Position numbers and translations under genes: made by a program
Source: a virus
IMG/VR virus record: IMGVR_UViG_3300010167_000030
Span: 1-49,442 of that record
Strand: one strand, 5' to 3'
DNA length: 49,442 nucleotides
Shown here: piece by piece, positions 7,248 to 16,039 of the stretch
How the letters are laid out: every line of letters begins with the position of its first letter
Position numbering within the stretch: the first letter of the stretch is position 1
Notes under the pieces: model-generated
What the model was told of the DNA's origin: nothing
The model's input: only the letters and a program-made list of their open reading frames with translations
Databases searched by the model: none

Positions 7248-7745
7248 ATGACGGAAAAGAAGAAATGTATAGGGTGCCAGACTGAACTTAAATTAGGGAA
7301 ATTCGCCTATAACCAAGAACTTTGTTGGGATTGCTTCAATAAAGAGATCCAGATTATTCTTAAACGAATTGATTGTTATCCATCATGGTTTTGGGGAAAG
7401 CGGGAACTACACAAAAGTATTATCAAGCATATGCAAGCATGTATGGTTATGATATTTAGAGGGGATGGTCAAAAAGTTACATATCATAAAGAAGTCAAAT
7501 TTAATACTAAAAAAGAAGCCGAAGCAGTTTTATCCGATATGAAAGAAATAATAGAGAGTTATGGGTTTATTGCTTTAGGCGGGTTATATTATTTAATCGC
7601 ACTTCCTTCAACCGAAGAAGATAATAAATATGGTTGGATTAATCTTAGTGAGGCTAAAATTAATCGAATAAAAGATGGGTATTTGCTTACTTTACCACGA
7701 CCAATTCTATTAGGTCAAGAAACGCAATTGAAAGGGGAAAAATAA
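7248..7745 (+). CDS. Hypothetical protein with N-terminal CxxC..CxxC and conserved C-terminal domain (paralog set C, copy 1)
   Basis: C-terminus EAEAVLSDMKEIIESYGFIALGGLYYLIALPSTEEDNKYGWINLSEAKINRIKDGYLLTLPRP aligns with the C-terminus of 8477-9184. Confidence 0.75.
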   Translation: MTEKKKCIGCQTELKLGKFAYNQELCWDCFNKEIQIILKRIDCYPSWFWGKRELHKSIIKHMQACMVMIFRGDGQKVTYHKEVKFNTKKEAEAVLSDMKEIIESYGFIALGGLYYLIALPSTEEDNKYGWINLSEAKINRIKDGYLLTLPRPILLGQETQLKGEK

Positions 7746-7746
7746 A

Positions 7747-8061
7747 ATGAAATTTGATATTTCATATGAAGATTTCTGGGGTTATTATAAAAGCGCATTA
7801 TTAGAAGATATTGAAAAAGCAAATCTTATCATAGATAAACTAAGTGACGAGGAGGATAAAGATATTCTTAAAACTTTGCTAAATTCCTTGAGCAAGGAAA
7901 TTATTACTACGGTCGAGGGAATACTTGATTTTGCAAAGGAAGATAGCCTTCCAAAGCCAAAAAGCGAATACGGGAAGAGGATGAGAGCCAATCTCGCAAT
8001 AACCGAATACAAGCAGAAGATGATGCCTGATTTAGCAGAAGGTGATAAAAACTTTGATTAG
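7747..8061 (+). CDS. Hypothetical acidic protein
   Basis: 104-aa ORF starting 1 nt after the upstream stop. Confidence 0.65.
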   Translation: MKFDISYEDFWGYYKSALLEDIEKANLIIDKLSDEEDKDILKTLLNSLSKEIITTVEGILDFAKEDSLPKPKSEYGKRMRANLAITEYKQKMMPDLAEGDKNFD

Positions 8062-8065
8062 TAAA

Positions 8066-8095
8066 CGCGCGCGAAAAACATACCCTTTAATGAAG
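8066..8095 (+). promoter_or_regulatory. Phage promoter-like motif copy P5
   Basis: CGCG(8068)-CGAAAA-ACA-TACCC-TTTAAT-GAAG. Confidence 0.55.
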
Positions 8096-8137
8096 AAAAC
8101 CAAATAAAATTTCTATTATTGAAAGGAGAAAAATAAA

Positions 8138-8389
8138 ATGGAAAATGTCATAGCAAACGAAGATGTCATGGAGACTGTCGAGGGAATGGTTGTAAAAACT
8201 GGTTCTGGAGATTATGTTCGGATTATTGCGATTGGTGCGATAGTGATTATTGCTTGTGGGGCTACCTACAAGTATGTCGTCAAACCCATCATAGCAAAAA
8301 TCAAACTAAAAAAGAACGGTAAAAAGCCAAACCTGCGGGTTGTTGACGGAGGCGATTATGATGAGGAATCCAACGAAGATCAAGAATAG
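8138..8389 (+). CDS. Small single-TM protein
   Basis: Strong RBS. TM helix VRIIAIGAIVIIACGATY. Basic then acidic tail. Confidence 0.7.
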   Translation: MENVIANEDVMETVEGMVVKTGSGDYVRIIAIGAIVIIACGATYKYVVKPIIAKIKLKKNGKKPNLRVVDGGDYDEESNEDQE

Positions 8390-8412
8390 GGAAGGTTTAA
8401 AAGAAAGTGAAG

Positions 8413-8443
8413 ATACCTGTAACAAGGTATTTTCGCTTTTTTA
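8413..8443 (+). terminator. Rho-independent terminator
   Basis: ATACCT-GTAACA-AGGTAT followed by TTTCGCTTTTTT. Confidence 0.55.
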
Positions 8444-8476
8444 TTTGAGAGCGAGTTAGTGAAAGGAGGAGCATAA

Positions 8477-9184
8477 ATGGACGAATACAGATCAAACTCG
8501 CACGAATCAAAAGAAGAAAAAATATATTTCGATCCAATAGAAAACAAAATTAAAAAGATGGTTATGGATAAGGAAAAGTCTAAAATGGAAAAACAATACA
8601 AATCAAACTCGCACGAATCAAAAGAAAGAACCGACGAATCCATTCCAAATAAAAAAATCGAAAAAGTAGTTAAAGGAGAAGTTAGATCCAGAAAGAAAAA
8701 CGAACTTCAAAAGTTTACAGATGTCTTTATATCCGAGGATGTGGGTAATCTTAAAGATTATATTTTTATTGAGGTACTTGTCCCGGCAATTAAAAAAGGA
8801 ATCTATGATGTTGTTACAAATGGCATTGATATGATTCTTTATCGTGGAACCGGAAAAAGAAAAAATTTCTCGCCTTCGAAGATATCCTATAAAGATTATA
8901 GTGATGACCGTAGCAGGAGAAATAATTATTCGGGGCCGAGCGTGACTAATTATGAAAATATTATCATAGAGAGTCGAGGAGAAGCGGAAGACGTTTTATA
9001 TCGAATGGATGAATTAATAGATGAATTCGGTTTGGTTAGCGTGGCTGATTTATACGATTTAGTCGGTATTTCGGGAAATTATACAGATAATAGATACGGT
9101 TGGACTGATATTCTGAGTGCCAAAGCAGTTCCTGTAAGAGACGGATATATTCTTAAATTGCCAAGGGCGCTAGCATTCAAATAA
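8477..9184 (+). CDS. Hypothetical protein (paralog set C, copy 2) with internal 31-nt direct repeat
   Basis: C-terminus EAEDVLYRMDELIDEFGLVSVADLYDLVGISGNYTDNRYGWTDILSAKAVPVRDGYILKLPRA. The N-terminus contains Y(R/K)SNSHESKE twice (DNA 8485-8515 and 8596-8626). Confidence 0.8.
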   Translation: MDEYRSNSHESKEEKIYFDPIENKIKKMVMDKEKSKMEKQYKSNSHESKERTDESIPNKKIEKVVKGEVRSRKKNELQKFTDVFISEDVGNLKDYIFIEVLVPAIKKGIYDVVTNGIDMILYRGTGKRKNFSPSKISYKDYSDDRSRRNNYSGPSVTNYENIIIESRGEAEDVLYRMDELIDEFGLVSVADLYDLVGISGNYTDNRYGWTDILSAKAVPVRDGYILKLPRALAFK

Positions 9185-9207
9185 ATAAAAAGGAGAGAAT
9201 ATGTAAT

Positions 9208-10161
9208 ATGGATAAATTAAACATTATAAACGGCATGAACAAAACTTTTGCGAGAGTAAATTTTCAGGTAATGAAACATAGTCCTGAAATTTTTCTTATT
9301 GCCGGATTATGTGGAGTGGTCGCCAGTACGGTCATGGCGTGCAAGGCAACTACAAAAATTAATACCATTCTTAGCAACCATAAAAAAGATATTGAGACAA
9401 TTCACACTTATGCTGAAGACGAATCTTATAAAGAAGAATATTCAGAGGAAGACAGCAAAAAGGATTTACTAATTGTCTACACGCAAACCGCTTTTAAATT
9501 CTTAAAACTCTACGGTCCGGCAGTCGCCGTTGGAATTTTGTCAATCGGATGTATATTAGCATCCAATAATATTATGCGTGCCAGAAACATAGCTCTTGCA
9601 AGCGCATATGCCACGATAGATAAAGGTTTCAAGGAATATCGGAATCGAGTTATTGAGCGTTTTGGGAAGGACGTCGATCACGAACTAAAATACAACATAA
9701 AAGCAAAGAAATTCGAAGAAACTATCGTCGATGAAAAAGGAAAAGAAAAGAAAGTCGAGAAAGCCGTTGATATTGCAAATCTTGATTATTGTAGCGAGTA
9801 CGCCCGTTTCTTTGATGCAGCATCGAGACATTGGGAGGATAATTCCGAGTACAATTTAATGTACGCTCGCCTTCAGCAGCAATATGCAAATAATTTACTT
9901 CGGTCTAGGGGATATTTATTTTTGAATGAGGTATATAACATGTTTGATATTCCGATTTCGAAGGCCGGGCAAATTGTCGGGTGGACCTATGATTTAAAAA
10001 ACCCTAAAGGCGATAATTATGTTGACTTCGGAATTTATAAAGCAAGTATTGAAAAATTGGATAATACTGATTTTGTCAACGGTTACGAACCGGCAGTATT
10101 ACTGGACTTTAATGTCGATGGTGATATTTGGAGCACAATAGAGCATTCATTAAAAAAGTAA
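9208..10161 (+). CDS. Two-TM membrane protein (paralog set A, copy 3)
   Basis: KHSPEIFLIAGLCGVVASTVMACKAT...NIALASAY...EYRNRVIERFG...LNEVYNMFDIPISKAGQIVGWTY. Confidence 0.8.
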   Translation: MDKLNIINGMNKTFARVNFQVMKHSPEIFLIAGLCGVVASTVMACKATTKINTILSNHKKDIETIHTYAEDESYKEEYSEEDSKKDLLIVYTQTAFKFLKLYGPAVAVGILSIGCILASNNIMRARNIALASAYATIDKGFKEYRNRVIERFGKDVDHELKYNIKAKKFEETIVDEKGKEKKVEKAVDIANLDYCSEYARFFDAASRHWEDNSEYNLMYARLQQQYANNLLRSRGYLFLNEVYNMFDIPISKAGQIVGWTYDLKNPKGDNYVDFGIYKASIEKLDNTDFVNGYEPAVLLDFNVDGDIWSTIEHSLKK

Positions 10162-10282
10162 AAAAGAAAGGAAATGAAGTCATGAGAACTAAATCAGTAT
10201 TGATATCTTATACTTTAGCGGCAATGGCCGGGATTTGTTTCTTTGGAGGAATTGCTATTTTATCAGGGGGAGAAAAGGAAGT

Positions 10283-10447
10283 ATGGGCGGCTTAGATAAT
10301 CTTATTGGGATGTTAGATTATGTACTGGATACAAAGCGAAAACGTCATATTACCGGCGGTATTTTGCTAAGTATTTCTATGCTATTTGGGGGATTAGCCC
10401 TAACAGTTATGACTATTAAAAACGAGGAGGAAAATGATTATGAATAA
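10283..10447 (+). CDS. Small membrane protein
   Basis: ATG at 10283 after GAAAAGGAAG. TM helix GGILLSISMLFGGLALTVM. The ORF-track start 10235 lacks an RBS. Confidence 0.5.
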   Translation: MGGLDNLIGMLDYVLDTKRKRHITGGILLSISMLFGGLALTVMTIKNEEENDYE

Positions 10448-11057
10448 TAGTGTAATTAATATTGCTATGTTTATATTTGGCGCTGGAGTTGGTTCGGCGA
10501 TTACTTTACTGTGTTTAAAGAAAAAATACGAAACCCTGGCGCAAAGAGAAATTGATTCGGTTAAGGAAAGATTTTCTAAAAAAGCCGAAGAACTAACAAT
10601 TGGTACCGATTTAGCAAAGCAACCCGATCGAACAGTAATAACAGAGAAGCCGGAACTTGCTGAATATGTGAAAGAAATTCGCAAAATCCATATGCAAGAA
10701 AAACGTGCTCACAAAATAGACTATTCAAAATTAGGGACTGCTGCGAAGAAGAATGAAGAGGATGGTAAAAACATGGATAAACCGTATGTGATAACGCCAG
10801 ATGAATTTGACAATGGCGAATATGAAAAAATCGGTCTTTTTTATTATGCTGATGGCAAATTAGCAGATTATGAAAACGAACTGGTAGATAGTATTGAGGA
10901 TACTGTCAGCCATGATTGCCTTGAACACATTGGAGAATACGAAGAGGACCTTCTCCACGTCAGAAATGATATTACTGAATTCGACTACGAGGTCATTAAA
11001 GACGTAAGGAAATATTCGGATGTTGTCAAGACAAAACCTCATCAGGTAGATGAGTAA
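10434..11057 (+). CDS. Hypothetical protein, N-terminal TM, acidic C-terminal domain
   Basis: RBS GAGGAGG upstream (ATG 10434 or 10440). TM helix INIAMFIFGAGVGSAITLLCL. Confidence 0.75.
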   Translation: MIMNNSVINIAMFIFGAGVGSAITLLCLKKKYETLAQREIDSVKERFSKKAEELTIGTDLAKQPDRTVITEKPELAEYVKEIRKIHMQEKRAHKIDYSKLGTAAKKNEEDGKNMDKPYVITPDEFDNGEYEKIGLFYYADGKLADYENELVDSIEDTVSHDCLEHIGEYEEDLLHVRNDITEFDYEVIKDVRKYSDVVKTKPHQVDE

Positions 11058-11605
11058 TGGCCAAAAACGAGTTGAAAACTGAATACTTCAAATGGATGTA
11101 TCAACTCGTATGCAATGAAAAATATTTTAACAAGCTATCCTATCGGAAACTCCTACATTATCTCCATTCTATGGACTTTTTTTATATTATCGAAATGGAC
11201 AAAAATCGGGCGCAAGATGGGATAGATCTTAGATATCGATTTGGATACGAAAATTCGATTGATGACTCCATAATACAAACTCAATTAGATAATCGTCCAT
11301 GCAGCGTCTTAGAAATGATATTAGCTTTGGCCATACGTTGCGAAGAGCATATTATGGACGATGAAGATATTGGTAACCGTACGGGCCAATGGTTTTGGAA
11401 TATGATTGTTAATCTCGATTTAGGATCCATGCATGATGCGAATATGGATGAAAATTACGCAAATGATATCCTTCAAAGGTTTCTTAATCGAGAATACGAA
11501 CGAAACGGAGAAGGCGGGCTATTCACAATTAATAATTGCGATCACGATTTACGGGATGTCGAGATATGGTATCAAATGTGTTGGTATCTGAATACGATTC
11601 TATGA
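11057..11605 (+). CDS. Hypothetical protein
   Basis: 182-aa ORF with start overlapping the upstream stop. Confidence 0.75.
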   Translation: MAKNELKTEYFKWMYQLVCNEKYFNKLSYRKLLHYLHSMDFFYIIEMDKNRAQDGIDLRYRFGYENSIDDSIIQTQLDNRPCSVLEMILALAIRCEEHIMDDEDIGNRTGQWFWNMIVNLDLGSMHDANMDENYANDILQRFLNREYERNGEGGLFTINNCDHDLRDVEIWYQMCWYLNTIL

Positions 11606-11617
11606 AAGGGGATATTT

Positions 11618-11809
11618 ATGATTATAAACAACGAACCTGAGCTTAGACTTTCGGACGAGGAAATTTATTTATATTTAACTGGAATGATCACTCTATGGAA
11701 AGAAAAACGCGATAATCCAAAAGATCCGCTGCATAGAGATTTAAAAGAAATAGCGCCGTATTATATTGACGCTTACCAAGCTATAAAAACCACATTATTT
11801 TTTAGATAA
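11618..11809 (+). CDS. Hypothetical protein
   Basis: 63-aa ORF with the GGGGATATTTATG leader. Confidence 0.6.
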   Translation: MIINNEPELRLSDEEIYLYLTGMITLWKEKRDNPKDPLHRDLKEIAPYYIDAYQAIKTTLFFR

Positions 11810-11843
11810 ATCGAACGGTTAAATTCGAGGAAAGGAGATATTT

Positions 11844-12056
11844 ATGAATAATGTAATTTGGTATTATTACAGCTATGTCGGACCTATTGAGAAATTAGTA
11901 AAAAAGCAAAAACGGGTTAATCGTCAAATTACAATGTTTGATTTAATAGCAATCAGTGTTATTTATTTTATTCTTGAGGAATTTTGTAAACGTAATAAAA
12001 AGATAAAAAAACTGAATACGGAAATTGATAAATTAAAGCGTGAAAAAGGAGCATAG
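11844..12056 (+). CDS. Small TM protein
   Basis: 70-aa ORF with the GGAGATATTTATG leader. TM helix MFDLIAISVIYFILEEF. Confidence 0.6.
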   Translation: MNNVIWYYYSYVGPIEKLVKKQKRVNRQITMFDLIAISVIYFILEEFCKRNKKIKKLNTEIDKLKREKGA

Positions 12057-12063
12057 AAAGGTT

Positions 12064-15000
12064 ATGATCGACTTTTTAGTGATATCAACGCGTAACACAA
12101 AACGCGGGATAGTCGAAATCTATCCAAAGTTCATTATCAAAAAAAGTTCCGATCTAATGATTCGAGGAGGGGATTTCTATGCTATCTGGATTGAGGAACG
12201 CGGCCTATGGTCTACGGACGAGCAAGATGCATTGCAATTAATAGACCGCGAACTGGATAGATATGCAGAAGAAAATCGTCAACGCTTTGATTTTGGTATT
12301 AAGATTCTACATATGTGGGATGCTGAATCAGGAATGATAGACACTTGGCATAAATATTGTCAAAGGCAAATGAGAGATTCATTCCATATGCTGGATGAAA
12401 AACTTATATTCTCAAATACTGAAACAAAGAAAAAAGATTATGCCAGTAAAAAATTGAGTTATCCGTTAGAATCAGGGGATTTAACGGCTTATAATAGATT
12501 AATGTCTACTCTTTATATTGACGACGAAAGGCATAAAATTGAATGGGCTATTGGTTCGGTCGTTTCCGGAGAATCAAAGAAATTACAGAAATTTATAGTC
12601 CTATACGGCGCAACCGGAACTGGCAAATCGACGGTACTGAATATTATTCAACAATTATTTGAGGGATATTATTCGGTATTTGACGCCAGAGCGCTTGGCT
12701 CCTCGAATAATGATTTTGCTTTAGAGGCTTTTAAAAGTAACCCGCTCGTAGCAATCCAGCATGATGGCGATTTGTCAAAAATTGAGGATAATACAAGATT
12801 AAATACTTTAGTTTCTCACGAAATGATGATAGTAAATGAGAAATTTAAAACGTCATATTCTAATCGATTTAAATGCTTTTTATTTATGGGGACAAATAAA
12901 CCAGTTAAGATCACAGACGCCAAATCAGGCCTTATTCGGAGACTCATCGATGTATCGCCATCTGGAAACAAATTAAAACTAAGCGAATATACAGCCACTG
13001 TAAAACAGATTGCCTTCGAACTTGGAGCAATAGCGCATCATTGTCAGGAAGTATATTTGAGCGATCCTGATATTTACAATAACTATTTGCCAATTGGGAT
13101 GCTCGGGGCCTCGAATGATTTTTATAATTTCATTATTGATTCTTATCATATTTTTAAAAAAGAAGATGGCACCACTCTCAAAGTTGCATGGGAAATGTAT
13201 AAGACATATTGTGATGAGGCCAAAGTAACATTCCCATTCTCCCAAAGAATATTCAAAGAGGAACTCAAAAATTATTTTTGGGATTACAAAGAACGATTTA
13301 ATTTTGACGATGGCTCCCGTGCCCGTAGTTATTATATTGGGTTCCGTACTGACAAGTTTGAGAAAGAATTAATGAACGAGAAAAGCGAAAAGATATTGCT
13401 CAAATTGGAATCTACTAAATCCATATTGGATAAAAAATATTCCGATTGCAAGGCCCAATATGCAAATTCAAAAGAGACTCCGGTGAAAAAATGGGAAAAT
13501 GTTACTACAAAATTATCAGATCTGGATACGACTAAACTCCATTACGTAATATTACCAGAAAACCATATTGTAATAGATTTTGATTTGAGAGACAAGAAGG
13601 GAGAGAAATCAATTGAACGGAATATTGAGGAAGCAAGTAAATGGCCCTCGACCTACGCCGAGTACAGCAAGAGCGGAAAAGGGATCCATTTGCATTACAT
13701 TTATGTCGGGGACGTTGCGCAAATCAATAACGTATTCTCTGATGGAATTGAGATTAAGACATTTACCGGTAACTCTGCGATTCGTCGAAAAGTTACGCTT
13801 ACGAACGATTTGCCAGTGACTGTTTTAAGTAGCGGACTCCCAATGAAAGGAGAAAAATCAGTGATAAATTTCGAAGCGGTCAAGAATGAAAAAAATCTTC
13901 GAACGCTTATAAAACGCAATCTTAATAAGGAAATACATCCAGGCACTAAACCAAGTATTGATTTTATTTATAAAATACTCGAAGATGCATACTCCAGCGG
14001 CTTAAATTATGATATTACAGATATGCGCAATGCGATACTGGCCTTTGCCGCAAGTAGCACTAATCAGGCCGATTACTGCATTAAACTGGTCAATAAAATG
14101 CAATTTAAATCCCTGGAGCAATCGAAAAATCAAAAGAACGACGAAGAGAAACTTATATTTTTTGACGTCGAGGTTTTTCCGAATTTATTTTTAGTAAACT
14201 GGAAAATCGAAGGCCTAGGTAAGCCGGTAGTCCGAATGATTAACCCATCGCCGAGTGAAATTGAGGATATTATTAAGTTCCGATTAGTCGGATTCAATTG
14301 TCGCCGATACGACAATCATATTTTATATGGCAGGTTGATAGGATATTCGAACGAGCAACTTTTCAACCTATCTCAAAAGATAATTAACGGAAGCCCGAAT
14401 TGTTTTTTCGGAGAAGCTTATAACATCTCATATACGGACGTATATGATTTCTCAAGCGAAAAGCAATCCCTCAAAAAATTTGAAATTGATTTAGGCATCA
14501 GTCATCGAGAACTCGGTTTGCCATGGGACCAGCCCGTCCCCGAAGATATATGGATCAAAGTTGCTGAATACTGTGATGCCGACGTTATTGCAACCGAAGC
14601 TATATTTAATGCGAGAAAAGAAGACTTCGTTGCTAGACAGATATTAGCAGATTTAGCCAGCATGACCGTAAATGATACCACGAACACCCTAACAACCAAA
14701 ATTATATTTGGCGGTAACCGTAAGCCACAAGACCAATTCAATTACCGAGACATGGGAAAAATACAAGAAGGCCCATATGGTAAAGATTTATGGACTTATG
14801 CAAATGGCGATTATATTACTTGTAATATTATCTTCGACGAATACACTATTTTTGATAAAGATTTAAAACCTATATTCCCGGGCTATAAATACGAGATGGG
14901 CAAGTCGACCTATCGAGGCGAGGAAGTAGGAGAAGGAGGTCATGTATATTCGGAGCCGGGTATATATGGAGACGTAGCATCTATGGATATTTCCTCCATG

Positions 15001-16023
15001 TATCCAAGTGGCATTGTCGCAGAGAATCTTTTTGGAACCGAGTACACGCAACGATTCAAAGACCTCCTGGATGCCCGTATAGCCATAAAGCATAAAGATT
15101 TCAAAAAAGCCAAAAAAATGTTGGACGGAGCTTTGGCAAAATACTTATCTGACGAAACCATGGCAAAAGGCTTGGCTGGGGCCCTAAAAATCGCGCTCAA
15201 CTCCGTATATGGCCTTACTTCGGCAAGTTTCGAGAATGCATTTTATGATAAGCGCAATGTCGATAATATTGTGGCAAAGCGTGGGGCTTTATTTATGATA
15301 AACCTTAAACACGAGGTCCAGGAACAAGGATTCAAAGTAGCGCATATTAAAACCGATTCCATCAAAATACCAGATGCCACGAGTGATATTATCAATTTCG
15401 TAATGGACTATGGGAAGGCGTATGGCTATACGTTTGAGCATGAGGCGACGTATGATAAATTGTGTCTACTGAATGACGCAGTTTACGTCGGCAAGTACAA
15501 AGACGGAGAGGATAAAGGAAAATGGCAGGCAATCGGTACGCAATTAATCCATCCTTATGTCTTTAAAACTCTGTTTAAAGAAGGTTATATTACCGGCGCC
15601 AAGATTCCAATTTCCGGTCCGATAGAATTTAAAGACATGTGCGAGACAAAGACGGTAACCACGGCATTATATTTGGATATGAATGAGGAACTTGCGCCGG
15701 GCGAGCATAACTATCATTTTATTGGAAAAGTTGGCCAGTTCTGTCCAATAAAAGAAGGTTGTGGTGGCGGGATATTACTCAGAGAATCGATTAATAAAAA
15801 AACCGAAGAGAAATCTTATAACGCTGTTACCGGAACGAAAAATTATAGATGGCTCGAATCCGAAATGATCCGCGAATTGGGCAAGGAAGACGATATTGAT
15901 ATTTCGTATTACGAGAAAATGGTCAAGGATGCTATGGACGCAATATGGAATTATGGAATGATTGAGTGGTTTCTTTCGGATAAACCATATTTGAAAAATG
16001 ATAATGAGATTATACCGTTTTAG
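12064..16023 (+). CDS. Fused replicase: D5/P4-type P-loop NTPase + AEP (prim-pol) primase + family-B DNA polymerase with 3'-5' exonuclease
   Basis: Walker A LYGATGTGKST (DNA 12607-12633), Walker B-like AIQHDGD, motif C MGTNK. AEP motifs VIDFDL and SGKGIHLHY. PolB ExoI FFDVEVFPN, ExoII FNCRRYDNHIL, ExoIII YCDADVIATE. Motif A DISSMYPS (14986-15009), motif B KIALNSVYG, motif C IKTDSI. The start may be GTG 12040 (ORF track) or ATG 12064. Confidence 0.85.
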   Translation: MIDFLVISTRNTKRGIVEIYPKFIIKKSSDLMIRGGDFYAIWIEERGLWSTDEQDALQLIDRELDRYAEENRQRFDFGIKILHMWDAESGMIDTWHKYCQRQMRDSFHMLDEKLIFSNTETKKKDYASKKLSYPLESGDLTAYNRLMSTLYIDDERHKIEWAIGSVVSGESKKLQKFIVLYGATGTGKSTVLNIIQQLFEGYYSVFDARALGSSNNDFALEAFKSNPLVAIQHDGDLSKIEDNTRLNTLVSHEMMIVNEKFKTSYSNRFKCFLFMGTNKPVKITDAKSGLIRRLIDVSPSGNKLKLSEYTATVKQIAFELGAIAHHCQEVYLSDPDIYNNYLPIGMLGASNDFYNFIIDSYHIFKKEDGTTLKVAWEMYKTYCDEAKVTFPFSQRIFKEELKNYFWDYKERFNFDDGSRARSYYIGFRTDKFEKELMNEKSEKILLKLESTKSILDKKYSDCKAQYANSKETPVKKWENVTTKLSDLDTTKLHYVILPENHIVIDFDLRDKKGEKSIERNIEEASKWPSTYAEYSKSGKGIHLHYIYVGDVAQINNVFSDGIEIKTFTGNSAIRRKVTLTNDLPVTVLSSGLPMKGEKSVINFEAVKNEKNLRTLIKRNLNKEIHPGTKPSIDFIYKILEDAYSSGLNYDITDMRNAILAFAASSTNQADYCIKLVNKMQFKSLEQSKNQKNDEEKLIFFDVEVFPNLFLVNWKIEGLGKPVVRMINPSPSEIEDIIKFRLVGFNCRRYDNHILYGRLIGYSNEQLFNLSQKIINGSPNCFFGEAYNISYTDVYDFSSEKQSLKKFEIDLGISHRELGLPWDQPVPEDIWIKVAEYCDADVIATEAIFNARKEDFVARQILADLASMTVNDTTNTLTTKIIFGGNRKPQDQFNYRDMGKIQEGPYGKDLWTYANGDYITCNIIFDEYTIFDKDLKPIFPGYKYEMGKSTYRGEEVGEGGHVYSEPGIYGDVASMDISSMYPSGIVAENLFGTEYTQRFKDLLDARIAIKHKDFKKAKKMLDGALAKYLSDETMAKGLAGALKIALNSVYGLTSASFENAFYDKRNVDNIVAKRGALFMINLKHEVQEQGFKVAHIKTDSIKIPDATSDIINFVMDYGKAYGYTFEHEATYDKLCLLNDAVYVGKYKDGEDKGKWQAIGTQLIHPYVFKTLFKEGYITGAKIPISGPIEFKDMCETKTVTTALYLDMNEELAPGEHNYHFIGKVGQFCPIKEGCGGGILLRESINKKTEEKSYNAVTGTKNYRWLESEMIRELGKEDDIDISYYEKMVKDAMDAIWNYGMIEWFLSDKPYLKNDNEIIPF

Positions 16024-16039
16024 TGAAAGGAAAAAGATA

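Noticed and set aside
13613-14194. Small + strand ORFs in alternative frames inside the replicase gene (13613-13819 and 14009-14194), and 18198-18449 inside the helicase gene.
   Set aside because: They are embedded in motif-rich, clearly coding frames. They lack SD sequences and have no recognisable features.
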